Shown one piece after another: positions 31,027 to 41,325 of a stretch of DNA of 64,000 nt (positions are counted from its first letter, which is position 1; the number at the start of each line of letters is the position of its first letter). The stretch is from an uncultured cyanobacterium. Its GTDB lineage: Bacteria; Cyanobacteriota; Cyanobacteriia; Cyanobacteriales; Nostocaceae. The position numbers and the translations under genes are program-made. Under the pieces are notes generated by a model that was not told where the DNA came from, did no database searches, and saw nothing but the letters and a program-made list of their open reading frames with translations. The stretch covers positions 480,001-544,000 of the forward strand of contig CAVUDP010000004.1 of the NCBI GenBank assembly GCA_963740315.1. Reading direction: 5' to 3'.

Positions 31027-31082
31027 AGTTAATTGTTAGTTGTTAGTTAGTTGAAGAACTTGCACTCGCAGGGTGCTGTTAA

Positions 31083-31427
31083 TCAATTATCGTTCATTTC
31101 TAATTGAGAAACTCGTTTCTGTAATTCTTTTACATCCTGTTTTAATTCAATTACCAAAGTTGCTAGTCTATCAAACATTTTGTCACGTTGTTGCTGCGAT
31201 AATTTTCTGGGGCTACGCTGGGGTAGAGGATTATTGGGGATTTTTGGTGATGAAGCAACTCGATTTAACTGCGTTTCGATACGGTTTACTTGCGATTCTA
31301 AACGGTAAAATTGCGATTCTAAATTATTAAAACGCGATTCTAACAATCCAGAAAAAGCCGTATCGGAAAGTAAACCACCCCAAATTATTATTACTAAAAT
31401 TGTTGTGAGCAATAAGTTTTTAAACAT
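31083..31427 (-). CDS. Hypothetical exported coiled-coil protein
   Basis: Signal-like N-terminus; LESRFNNLE and MFDRLATLVIELK heptads. Confidence 0.7.
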   Translation of the reverse strand: MFKNLLLTTILVIIIWGGLLSDTAFSGLLESRFNNLESQFYRLESQVNRIETQLNRVASSPKIPNNPLPQRSPRKLSQQQRDKMFDRLATLVIELKQDVKELQKRVSQLEMNDN

Positions 31428-31432
31428 GGAGT

Positions 31433-31625
31433 GGGGGAGATGGGGAGATGGGGAGATGGGGAGATGGGGAGATGGGGAGATGGGGAGATGGGGAGATGGG
31501 GAGATGGGGAGATGGGGAGATGGGGAGATGGGGAGTACTTCGACAAGTCTTACAGTGAGCTACGTCGAACTGCTCAGTAACCTTTGGGGAGATGGGGAGA
31601 TGGGGAGATGGGGAGATGGGGAGAT
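31433..31625. repeat. STRR 8-mer array (GGGGAGAT)n interrupted at 31536-31582
   Basis: Directly visible tandem octamers. Confidence 0.95.
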
Positions 31626-31632
31626 AATTTCT

Positions 31633-31735
31633 TAATTCCTAGCTCCTAACTCATAATTCCTAACTCATAACTTCTAACTCATAACTCATAACTCATAACT
31701 CATAACTCCTAACTCCTAACTCCTAACTCCTAACT
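31633..31735. repeat. STRR 7-mer array (TAACTCC/TAACTCA)n
   Basis: Directly visible tandem heptamers. Confidence 0.9.
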
Positions 31736-33201
31736 ATTAAATCGTCTGGTTTCAGTTGAGAAAACAATTTTTCCCAATCTATATAGTTAGCATTACTTTC
31801 TCCTTCTTTTACTTCAAAGGTGACATTAGAAGCTAATGGTTGTTGTAGGGCTTGTACGCAAAGTTTGGCAATGTCTTCGCGGCTAATTTTGCCCTTAATA
31901 TTATCGCCTTGCTCAAAAATTAATTCTTTTCCACCTGGTTCTTCTGTCAAAGCACATGGTCTAATTATAGTGTAAGGAATTCCACTTTGTCTTAAACTAT
32001 CTTCTCCTTTCAATTTCCAGGTAAGAATTCCTCCAAGTTGGTCGTTTAATTTGACTGCTGGGGGTTCTTCTTCTAAGTTTATACCAGGTCTTCCGGGACG
32101 AGTTACTCCTGCCGAACTGACTAAAACGAATTGCGGTAAAGTTTGTCCTCCATAAGCTTTTATTGTTTCTACTTCTAAGGCAAAAGCACCTGGTGAAAAG
32201 TTGGGATTCAATTCTCCGTCGTATTCAAATTTGCTCAACATAAGTTGAAAAGAACAAATTTTGTTAGATTCAATTCTCGGAGCATCATTTACAGTTTTGG
32301 CACGAAAAACTGGTATTAATTCTGCAAACGGAACCTTTACGTTTATCCAAGTATCTGCTTCGGTATCAAAGGAATAACAATAGCCGATACCATCCCAATT
32401 TGTTTCTGTACGCAAGATGAATTTATAGCGTTTTCCATCTCCTTTAACGCGAATTTCTACACCTTCGTAACCTGATAAGTTAAATGAAGGATCGAAGTTT
32501 TTGGTTCTAACTGAAGCAAATCCGCCAGAGTTTTCGGTGGAAACGTTACCAAAAAATACAGCTTTACCCGAAGACAATTGAATGTTACTTTGGCTTACTC
32601 CACCCATAACAACATCATCTACCGCACCCCAAACGTTTTTTACTTCTATGGATGGATTGCTAAAGTCAAATAATGTTTTTTCGTTTGATGGCGGTAAATT
32701 TTTGCTAACTGCTTCTACTAAGTTTTTAACACCTTTATATTCAACGTTTTCTGGAGTATCGCCAACAATTTCAGGCATATAAAATTTAATGCCTTGATTG
32801 TATTTTGCCCTATCAGGAGTGTCTCCTTCGACTGGCTGCACGCGCACCGCAGTACAGCAGATAACTGCTTGAATATTCGCTAATAATAAGGAATTTAAAG
32901 TTTCTGGCTTGGTAATATCTGCAACTACTAAATCCGCTTTATCGTCAAGAATTGACCTAGCTTTTTCAACTGAGCGCACCAGACATCTTACTTTATAACC
33001 TTTTTCAATCAGTCGCCGCACGACTCGTTTACCAACCCCACCCGTTGCACCTGCTACTAGTACTACACCCACTTTTTTTGCTCCAATTAATTTATCTGGA
33101 TTATCCTTGGAACCACCTTTGACTAAATCCTGTACCCAGTTAAGTAATGGGATTACTTCAAAGAAGGTAAGAGTTTTAACGAATCTGTTTATATCCCACA
33201 T
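31723..33201 (-). CDS. CIA30 domain / NAD(P)-binding protein
   Basis: VAGATGGVG Rossmann motif; WGAVDDVVMGGVS, GGFASVR, GDGKRYK (CIA30); YTIIRPCAL. Confidence 0.88.
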   Translation of the reverse strand: MWDINRFVKTLTFFEVIPLLNWVQDLVKGGSKDNPDKLIGAKKVGVVLVAGATGGVGKRVVRRLIEKGYKVRCLVRSVEKARSILDDKADLVVADITKPETLNSLLLANIQAVICCTAVRVQPVEGDTPDRAKYNQGIKFYMPEIVGDTPENVEYKGVKNLVEAVSKNLPPSNEKTLFDFSNPSIEVKNVWGAVDDVVMGGVSQSNIQLSSGKAVFFGNVSTENSGGFASVRTKNFDPSFNLSGYEGVEIRVKGDGKRYKFILRTETNWDGIGYCYSFDTEADTWINVKVPFAELIPVFRAKTVNDAPRIESNKICSFQLMLSKFEYDGELNPNFSPGAFALEVETIKAYGGQTLPQFVLVSSAGVTRPGRPGINLEEEPPAVKLNDQLGGILTWKLKGEDSLRQSGIPYTIIRPCALTEEPGGKELIFEQGDNIKGKISREDIAKLCVQALQQPLASNVTFEVKEGESNANYIDWEKLFSQLKPDDLIVRS

Positions 33202-33523
33202 ATTTCAATTATCAATTCAAATTTGACGATCTATAATTAGGTTTTGGATTAAAACTACCCTCAGATTTTAATAAGTCTTCTCTAAAGCTAAAAAAACATT
33301 TCTCTTAATATTCTAAAACAAATACATCCGTTGTTAAAATATAAAATTTACTTATTCTCTCGTTTTTAATTTTAAAGGGGGAGTAGCGATCGCGCCAGTG
33401 ATACCGCACCATTTTCTGCTAATTGAGGAGATGTTTGGGCTTTATCTAGCTAGTCTGGGTATCTGTTCGTGATTTCCTAATTGTTCGAGAATCTCAGCCT
33501 AATTTACATCTAATTAATTAAAT

Positions 33524-34192
33524 TTATTTACTTTTAGGGGTTTTAGCCGTAATTCCTTTTTCAGCCTTTAAGGTGTAAACTCCAGGAGAACGTAGTACTT
33601 TAAACCATAAACCAGATTGAAAACCAAGAGATAAAGCTTTGGTAACACTTACCCTTGCAGTTTGATATTGTTTCTTTGTCAATTTATCGCCATACAAATC
33701 CCGGACAATGGCATTAATATGAAAATGCAAATCGGGTTGGCAACGCATTAAGATTAAAATGGCGTTTTTAATTGAATATCCTTGGTATTGAAGTAACATC
33801 GGCAAGCTTTCTGATTGCCTACCTCCCTTCATTTTTGGAATATCGGTAATTTCAAGTTCTTCAATCGGTTGTGGCTCGTTGTAATTGTCAATTTTTTCAA
33901 ATTTTTCTTCATCTAAATCAACATCTGAGTTAACTATATTATCAATATTGTCTTCATCCGATACGATATTGCGATCGCGTCTATCTTCTTCTAAATATGC
34001 CTGGGTTCTAGATTGAGGAAACTGTTGATATTGATAAGATTCTTTTTCTTGAGCATAACCCGACATTAAGTTATCTATAGCAGTAACTTGAGTGCGAATC
34101 GATTCCAAACGGCGCTCTATTCGTGCAGCTTCTAATATATAGCGTTCTCTTTCGGCTTCGAGTAAACTTATAATTTCGTTAAACTGAGTCAT
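33524..34192 (-). CDS. Hypothetical protein (coiled coil + acidic linker + possible winged-helix C-terminus)
   Basis: Long ORF; ATG 34192 (MTQFNE) preferred over 34336. Confidence 0.65.
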   Translation of the reverse strand: MTQFNEIISLLEAERERYILEAARIERRLESIRTQVTAIDNLMSGYAQEKESYQYQQFPQSRTQAYLEEDRRDRNIVSDEDNIDNIVNSDVDLDEEKFEKIDNYNEPQPIEELEITDIPKMKGGRQSESLPMLLQYQGYSIKNAILILMRCQPDLHFHINAIVRDLYGDKLTKKQYQTARVSVTKALSLGFQSGLWFKVLRSPGVYTLKAEKGITAKTPKSK

Positions 34193-34582
34193 AGTAATTG
34201 TAGTATTGGTTATAGAATGAAAAAAAAATTGGAAAGTAAAGAAGTTTTCCTCAAGGATCGTACAAAATTCCTTAAACAACGACTTTACCGCTTTATATGT
34301 AGATGCGATCGCTTGATTGTGAAAAATGTCGTTCACTTAAATCCAAATTAAAATAACCATGAATAAAAACTGTTTGGTTAGTACGTTCCATAAGTAACAA
34401 TTAATTAAGCTTTCTCAACTTGGATTCAACTAACGTTAACAAAGTAATCAAACTACAACTCCGAGCCAACCGTAAATCGATAATATTTTCTGGCGTTGTG
34501 GATTTATGTCAACCCCAAAGCTGCTAAAGTATAAGTGATATGAATCAGATATTGGTAAATCGTTAAATACATACAATATGCA

Positions 34583-34607
34583 TTGATAATTACCAGAGTA
34601 TTATCAA
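34583..34607. promoter_or_regulatory. Fur-box-like palindrome upstream of the HugZ-family gene
   Basis: TTGATAAT-N9-ATTATCAA. Confidence 0.35.
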
Positions 34608-34775
34608 ATGATTTGAAAGACCATAATTAAAAATATAATTATACATAGTTTTATATAATACGCATACAGTAATTTTTTCCGGAGGCAGTAATTTCAAAGT
34701 TATTCTCAGACGGTTGAGGCATCAAGTGGTTAGCTCCACTCAAAATTTTTTGTTAAACTATGGCAAGTTTATATT

Positions 34776-35267
34776 ATGAATAAGTTAGAAAAAGCTACGG
34801 CAGAATATCAGAAATTCACCCAAGAATTTCAAAGTATCATTATCAGCACGGTAAATAATGAAGGAATACCTAACGGTAGTTACACACCCTTCGTAATGGA
34901 CGAATCGAAAAATATTTATATTTACGTTAGCGGGCTTTCAACACACACGCAAAATTTAAACATTAACCCTCGCGTGAATGTTTTGTTTATTGAAGATGAA
35001 GCCAAAACCCCACAAATATTTGCTCGTCGCAGACTAAATTATGATTGTACCGCGACATTGATAGAACGCGAAACTGATGAATGGAAAAGCATTGTAGGTC
35101 AATTCCAAGAGCGTTTCGGCGAAATAATTGAAATGCTGCGCGGTTTAGCCGATTTTCGCATTTTTAAACTGACTCCCCACAGCGGTCGTTTCGTAATTGG
35201 ATTCGGAGCAGCATATGATATTAACGGTGATAATCTCGACAAACTCGTGCAAATCGGTAAACAGTGA
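34776..35267 (+). CDS. HugZ/HutZ-like heme utilisation protein (PNPOx split-barrel)
   Basis: SYTPFV, YVSGLSTHTQNL, FIEDE...IFARRRL, DFRIFKL, GRFVIGFGAAY. Confidence 0.85.
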   Translation: MNKLEKATAEYQKFTQEFQSIIISTVNNEGIPNGSYTPFVMDESKNIYIYVSGLSTHTQNLNINPRVNVLFIEDEAKTPQIFARRRLNYDCTATLIERETDEWKSIVGQFQERFGEIIEMLRGLADFRIFKLTPHSGRFVIGFGAAYDINGDNLDKLVQIGKQ

Positions 35268-35277
35268 ACGGTTATTG

Positions 35278-35438
35278 AGGTTAAAGGTTAAAGGTTAAAG
35301 GTCAAAGGTTAAAGGTCAAAGGTTAAAGGTTAAAGGTTAAAATTTAATAACTCCTAACTCCTAACTCCTAACTCATAACTCATAACTCCTAACCCCTTGT
35401 CCCCCCATCCCCCCATCCCCCCATCTCCCCATCCCCCT
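35278..35438. repeat. Composite STRR block: (AAAGGTY)n, (TAACTCM)n, (CCCCATCY)n
   Basis: Three adjacent short tandem arrays. Confidence 0.9.
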
Positions 35439-35443
35439 ATCTT

Positions 35444-36340
35444 ATGCTTCAGTTTCAACCTCCTGGCTTTGGGCATAAAATTATTCAAACATCTCTTGGA
35501 GCAATGGTTTATTACACCCAAACTGCTGCGCCTTGGGATATTGCTGAAATTGAGAATTTACCACAAGTAGTTTTTCTACATAACTTTGGTGGTGGTGCGT
35601 CTGCTTATGAATGGTCAAAAGTGTATTCTGCTTTTGCTGCGACTCACCGCATTTTTGCTCCAGATTTAATCGGTTGGGGTGAATCTTTTCATCCGGTGCG
35701 GGATTATCAAATTAATGATTACATCACTACGATCGCAGAATTTATTAAACAAAGTTGTCGAGAACCTGTAACGGTTGTAGCATCTTCTCTTACTGCTGCT
35801 TTGACTATTCGTTTGGCGATTCAACAACCACAATTATTTAAAACGTTATTTTTATCATGTCCTTCTGGATTCGATGATTTTGGACAAGGTAGCGGACGTA
35901 GACTTCCTTTAGAAATTATCAATACGCCGTTTATAGATAATTTAATTTATAAATTAGGTGCAGAAAATGAAATTGCAGTCAGAAATTTTTTACAAAGTTT
36001 TCTATTTGCAAAACCTACACGAATATCATCAGAAATTGTACAGGCTTATTTAGCTTCCGCACAGCAACCTGACGCGAAATTTGCAGCTTTATCGTTTTTG
36101 CGCGGTGATTTATATTTTGACTTGAGTTTATATATTAGGCAACTCACCGTACCAACGGCGATGATTTGGGGTGAAAAAGCGCAATTTATTAACGTTAAGC
36201 TAGGAAAACGTTTGGCAGATTTAAACAAAAACGCAATTCGAGATTTTCATGTTATACCCGATACCGGCGTTTTGCCACATTTGGAAACTCCTGAAATTAC
36301 CATTGGGTTGTTACAGCAGCATTTAATTATTGATAACTGA
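35444..36340 (+). CDS. Alpha/beta fold hydrolase
   Basis: FLHNFGGG, APDLIGWGES, VASSL, IWGE, LPHLE. Confidence 0.85.
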   Translation: MLQFQPPGFGHKIIQTSLGAMVYYTQTAAPWDIAEIENLPQVVFLHNFGGGASAYEWSKVYSAFAATHRIFAPDLIGWGESFHPVRDYQINDYITTIAEFIKQSCREPVTVVASSLTAALTIRLAIQQPQLFKTLFLSCPSGFDDFGQGSGRRLPLEIINTPFIDNLIYKLGAENEIAVRNFLQSFLFAKPTRISSEIVQAYLASAQQPDAKFAALSFLRGDLYFDLSLYIRQLTVPTAMIWGEKAQFINVKLGKRLADLNKNAIRDFHVIPDTGVLPHLETPEITIGLLQQHLIIDN

Positions 36341-36421
36341 TAATTGTTGAAATTTTGCAAACATTGGGAATAATAGTAAAAAGGTTAGACAAGTAGCAAT
36401 TATCAAGTTGATAAGTAATCG

Positions 36422-38971
36422 ATGACTCTGCCAATGAATTCTCAAGTACCAGCAGATAATGAGAATTGCCCCTCTCAAGGTTTTCTGCTTGAAATAATCA
36501 ACAGTATATCTGACCCTATTTTTGTTAAAGATCGTCAACATCAATGGGTATTTCTCAATCATGCTTACTGTAAGTTTATCGGGTATGCGCCAGAAGAATT
36601 GATTGGTAAGTCGGATTACGATTTCTTCTCTAGCGAAGAAGCCGCTATTTTTTGGGAAAAAGACGAATTAATCTTTACTTCGGGTGTCAGCAGTAACGAT
36701 AGGGAATACTTTACTGATGCTAAAGGCGAAGTTTATGTTGTTTCGACTAAAAAATCTTTATTTAATGATAATTCGGGTAATCAATTTTTAGTTGGTACTA
36801 TTCAAGAAATTACGGCTTGTGAGAATAAAGATCCAGATAAATTTCAAAAGCTATGTGCAAATGTACCGGGAATGCTTTACCAATTAAAAATGCATCCCGA
36901 CGGTTCGACATCTTTTCCTTATGTAAGTTCTGGTAGTTACGAACTTTTAGGAATAAAAGCAGAAACCATTGAAGCCGAATCGAGTTTGTTAATTTCGATG
37001 ATTCATTCGGAAGACTATAAAACTTTTAAAAAATCGCTTACTAATTCAGCGGAAACTTTTGAACCATTTTATTGGGAAGGACGTTTAGTTTCATCGGGGA
37101 AAAATCAATGGGTGAAAATTGTATCTCGTCCAGAAAAGCAACCTGATGATTCAATTATTTGGGATGGTTTTATTACAGATATTACTCATCTAAAAAAAAC
37201 AGAAAAAGCATTACGAGTAGCTTATAGAGAAATGGAATCTTTAGTTATAGAGAGAACTAAAGAATTAGGGCGAGCCAATAAAGCGTTAAAAGCTGAAATT
37301 GAAGAACGCAAACAAGTAGAAAAAGCTTTATTACGTAGTAATGCAATGTTACAAGCTCAACAAGAAGCTGCGATCGACGGTATTTTAGTAGTTGATGAAA
37401 ATCAAGATATATTATCATGCAATCAGCGTTTTGTAGAGTTATGGCAAATTCCTCAATCGGTAATTGAAACCGGAGATGAAAAGCAATTTTTAGCATCGAT
37501 GGTAGATAAATTTACGAATTTAGGAGAATTTATTAATGAAGTAGAAAATTTATACAATGATGTAGAAAAGTCTATTCGCGATGAAATCGATTTAGGAGAT
37601 GGACGCACATTTGAACGTTACTGTGCGCCTGTAACGTTTACTGGAGAATATTACGGTAGGGTTTGGTATTTTCGAGATATTACCAATCGCAAGCGAGCAG
37701 AAAAAACATTGCTTCGGACTAATTTAGTTTTAAAAGCGCAACAAGAAGCTTCTATTGACGGTATTTTAGTTGTTGATGAATATCGCGAATCAATCTCATA
37801 CAATCAGCGTTTTATTGAGTTATGGCAAATTCCGCAGTCTGTTATTGAAACCGGACACGAACCAGTTTTCGCTTCGATGCTAGAAAAATTAGAAAATCCA
37901 GAAGAATTTGTAGCTACTTTAGAATATCTTTTTGAACATCCAGATGAAAGTTGCCGTAATGAGATTTGTTTAAAGGATGGAAAAACTTTTGAGCGCTATA
38001 TTGCTTCAATATGTTCTTTGGCTGGAGATAACTACGGCAAGATTTTCTATTTTCGAGATATTAGCGATCGCAAACAAGCGGAAGCAAAGTTACGTCAGCA
38101 AACTCAAGAGTTAGAAAACACTCTTTTACAATTGCAACGCACTCAAGTTCAGCTAATTCAGAGCGAAAAAATGTCCAGTTTAGGACAATTAGTAGCGGGT
38201 ATCGCTCATGAAATTAATAACCCAGTCAATTTTATTACCGCTAACTTGATATACACTGAAGAATATTTTAAAGAGTTATTAGAATTAATCCAACTTTATC
38301 AAAACAACTATCCAGATAATACACAAATAGAAGAATTTCTTGAAGAAATTGAATTTGATTATCTCCAGTCAGACTTACCAAATATCATTAACTCAATGAA
38401 AACGGGAGCCGAACGGATTCAGAAAATTGTCCTTTCTTTAAGAACTTTCTCGCGTTTAGATGAAGCGGAATTCAAGAAAATTGATATCCATGAAAGTCTT
38501 GACAGCACTTTAATGATTTTACAAAATAATCTTGAATCAAAATCGCATCGAGCGGCAATTGAGGTGATAAAAAAATATGATGATTTACCCTTAGTTGAGT
38601 GCTACGCTGGAAAACTCAATCAAGTATTTATGAATATTTTGAATAATGCAATTGATGCTTTAGAAGAAGCAATTGAAAATAAACAAATTCCCGAAGGCGA
38701 CTCTCCTAAAATTCATATATTTACTCAATTAGTACGGGAAAATATCATCCAAATTAGCATAATTGATAATGGTTCGGGTATTCCAGAGGAAAATATTTCT
38801 AAGTTATTCGACCCATTTTTTACCACTAAACCTGTAGGTAAAGGTACTGGCTTGGGATTATCTATGAGCTATCAGATAATAGTTGAGCAGCATCAGGGAC
38901 AATTAAACTGTATTTCAACTTTGGGGGAAGGTACGGAATTTCAGATTCAAATACCTGTTAGCTGTAAGTAG
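36422..38971 (+). CDS. Multi-PAS sensor histidine kinase
   Basis: Four PAS-like domains (the last two are near-duplicates, [15 protein letters not shown]); AHEINNP, LNQVFMN, DNGSG, FFTTK, GTGLG. Confidence 0.93.
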   Translation: MTLPMNSQVPADNENCPSQGFLLEIINSISDPIFVKDRQHQWVFLNHAYCKFIGYAPEELIGKSDYDFFSSEEAAIFWEKDELIFTSGVSSNDREYFTDAKGEVYVVSTKKSLFNDNSGNQFLVGTIQEITACENKDPDKFQKLCANVPGMLYQLKMHPDGSTSFPYVSSGSYELLGIKAETIEAESSLLISMIHSEDYKTFKKSLTNSAETFEPFYWEGRLVSSGKNQWVKIVSRPEKQPDDSIIWDGFITDITHLKKTEKALRVAYREMESLVIERTKELGRANKALKAEIEERKQVEKALLRSNAMLQAQQEAAIDGILVVDENQDILSCNQRFVELWQIPQSVIETGDEKQFLASMVDKFTNLGEFINEVENLYNDVEKSIRDEIDLGDGRTFERYCAPVTFTGEYYGRVWYFRDITNRKRAEKTLLRTNLVLKAQQEASIDGILVVDEYRESISYNQRFIELWQIPQSVIETGHEPVFASMLEKLENPEEFVATLEYLFEHPDESCRNEICLKDGKTFERYIASICSLAGDNYGKIFYFRDISDRKQAEAKLRQQTQELENTLLQLQRTQVQLIQSEKMSSLGQLVAGIAHEINNPVNFITANLIYTEEYFKELLELIQLYQNNYPDNTQIEEFLEEIEFDYLQSDLPNIINSMKTGAERIQKIVLSLRTFSRLDEAEFKKIDIHESLDSTLMILQNNLESKSHRAAIEVIKKYDDLPLVECYAGKLNQVFMNILNNAIDALEEAIENKQIPEGDSPKIHIFTQLVRENIIQISIIDNGSGIPEENISKLFDPFFTTKPVGKGTGLGLSMSYQIIVEQHQGQLNCISTLGEGTEFQIQIPVSCK

Positions 38972-39110
38972 AAATACAGTTATGTAATGTTGACTACTAT
39001 TGTAAGTTTCTAAGATATTTTTTGTAAGAGACTTTTATGATTGTTCATTTATAAACCTAATTTGGGAACACTAAGTATTGAGTCAGTAACTTGTTCCCCT
39101 AAATTAACTT

Positions 39111-41204
39111 ATGCTACCGGCAGAATTTAAGTCTTTACAACACCTTAACGAAAATAAAGTCAATTCGTTACCTATGTATCAATTGGCGATCGACAATTTA
39201 CCAGAATTGATTTATTGGAAAAATAATAATTTAGTATTTCAAGGTTGTAATTTAGCTTTTGCTAAAGCCGTAGGGTTAACCTTCCCTCAACAGATTATCG
39301 GTAAAACAGATGACGAATTACCTTTTCAACATCAAATATTGAGCTTTTTAGCAAATAGCGATCGCACTGGTAACTTTGTGAGCGATCGCCATGTAATTGA
39401 AAACAATATCAGTTTTGAGCATACCTTTTTTTCACAGGTTTCAGGCGAGCAAGTCTGGTTAGATATCCGTAAAAATCCTTTAATTAATGATGACGGCGAA
39501 GTTGCTGGTATGCTTTGTCGCATTGAAGATATTACAAAACGTAAATTACAAGAAGCACAATTAATAGAGTCTGGGCAGCGACATTTGGCATTAATGGTTC
39601 AACAAACGCCGTTAGCAGTGATTGAATGGAATCGTAATTTTGAAATCAAAGAGTGGAATCAAGCCGCAGAAAGAATTTTTGGATACAGTAAAAGCGAAGT
39701 TTTAGGTCGTAATTTTGGTTTTTTAGTTACAGATGATTTTAAAATTTGCTTGAAAGAAATGCTGCATGATTTCGTAAGTCAAAAACGAAGGATGCTCAGT
39801 ACAAATGAAAATTTAACTAAAGATGGTAGAAAAATAGTTTGCGAATGGTATAACTATCCTTTAATAGCTGCGAATGGTGAAGTAGTCGGTATTGCTTCGA
39901 TGGCATTGGATATTACCGAACGCAGACAAGCACAAATAGCATTACAAAAGTCTTTAAAAGAATCCGCTGATATTAAGTTTGCTTTAAACCAATCCGCGAT
40001 TGTAGCAATTACCAACGTGCTAGGAACCATTGAATACGTTAACGATAATTTTTGCGAAATCTCTAAATATAACCGCGAAGAATTAATCAGTAAAAACCAT
40101 CGGATCGTTAACTCCGGTTATCATCCCAAATCCTTTTTTACCCAGATGTGGGAAACAATCAGTAGTGGTAAAGTTTGGCGAGGAGAAATTCAAAATCGTG
40201 CTAAAGATGGAAGCCTTTACTGGGTAGACACAACAATTGTGCCAATACTAGATGCACAAGCTAAACCCCAGCAATATATCGCCATTCGTAACGATATTAC
40301 CGCTCGCAAACAAGCTGAAACCGAAGTAAATCAAAAGGCGCAACATTTAGAAAATACACTTAGCGAATTACAACGCGCTCAAACACAGCTAGTGCAAAGC
40401 GAAAAAATGTCCGGTTTAGGACAATTAGTAGCAGGTGTAGCTCATGAAATTAATAACCCCGTAAACTTTATTTATGGAAATTTGAACCACGCCAATAACT
40501 ACGCTCAAGACTTATTAGAAATAATCGAAACTTATCGCCGAAATTATCCTCAACCCACAGCGGAAATAGAGGAATTAACAGAACAATTAGACTTAGAGTT
40601 TTTAGTAGAAGATTTACCCAAGCTTTTAGGTTCGATGAAAGTAGGAGCGCAAAGAATTCGGGAAATAGTAGCTTCCTTGCGTAACTTTTCCCGCATGGAT
40701 GAAGCCCAAATGAAAGCAGTTGATATCCACGAAGGAATCGACAGCACTTTGATGATTTTAGAACATCGTATTAAAGCCAAATCCGACCGTCCCAGAATTG
40801 AAATTATCAAAGATTATAGTAAATTTCCCAAAATAGAATGTTATCCCGGTCAATTAAATCAAGTATTTATGAATATTTTGGCGAATGCCCTCGATGCATT
40901 AGAAGAGGGAATAGGCGATAATAATTCTCCTACTATTTGTATAAAAACGGAATTAGTAGGATGCAAGCAAGTAAAAATTTCTATCTCCGATAACGGAAAA
41001 GGAATTCCCGAAAAGGTAAAAATGCGAATGTTTGACCCATTTTTTACAACGAAACCAGTAGGTAAAGGAACTGGAATGGGATTATCAATTAGTTACCAAA
41101 TAATTACAGAAAAACATTGTGGATCTTTAGATTGTATTTCCGCATCCGGAGAAGGAAGTGAGTTTATTATTACTATTCCGACAAAGCAGTGTAAATGTAA
41201 ATAA
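39111..41204 (+). CDS. Multi-PAS sensor histidine kinase
   Basis: Three PAS domains; AHEINNP, LNQVFMN, DNGKG, GTGMG. Confidence 0.93.
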   Translation: MLPAEFKSLQHLNENKVNSLPMYQLAIDNLPELIYWKNNNLVFQGCNLAFAKAVGLTFPQQIIGKTDDELPFQHQILSFLANSDRTGNFVSDRHVIENNISFEHTFFSQVSGEQVWLDIRKNPLINDDGEVAGMLCRIEDITKRKLQEAQLIESGQRHLALMVQQTPLAVIEWNRNFEIKEWNQAAERIFGYSKSEVLGRNFGFLVTDDFKICLKEMLHDFVSQKRRMLSTNENLTKDGRKIVCEWYNYPLIAANGEVVGIASMALDITERRQAQIALQKSLKESADIKFALNQSAIVAITNVLGTIEYVNDNFCEISKYNREELISKNHRIVNSGYHPKSFFTQMWETISSGKVWRGEIQNRAKDGSLYWVDTTIVPILDAQAKPQQYIAIRNDITARKQAETEVNQKAQHLENTLSELQRAQTQLVQSEKMSGLGQLVAGVAHEINNPVNFIYGNLNHANNYAQDLLEIIETYRRNYPQPTAEIEELTEQLDLEFLVEDLPKLLGSMKVGAQRIREIVASLRNFSRMDEAQMKAVDIHEGIDSTLMILEHRIKAKSDRPRIEIIKDYSKFPKIECYPGQLNQVFMNILANALDALEEGIGDNNSPTICIKTELVGCKQVKISISDNGKGIPEKVKMRMFDPFFTTKPVGKGTGMGLSISYQIITEKHCGSLDCISASGEGSEFIITIPTKQCKCK

Positions 41205-41221
41205 TTGGGCATAGTTAATTA

Positions 41222-41293
41222 GTAGGTTGGGTTAGACAGGAAAACCATATTTGATTAGTTACGAACTATTTAGTTATCCTGTCGTAACCCAAC
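41222..41293. repeat. GTAG-type REP-like inverted repeat
   Basis: GTAGGTTGGGTTAGACAGGA...TCCTGTCGTAACCCAAC between convergent genes. Confidence 0.7.
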
Positions 41294-41325
41294 ATCGAAA
41301 TTGTGGACTACATTTATTGATAAAT

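Noticed and set aside
31405..31635. 76-aa ORF with WGDGEMGR repeats
   Set aside because: Simply the translation of the GGGGAGAT tandem array.
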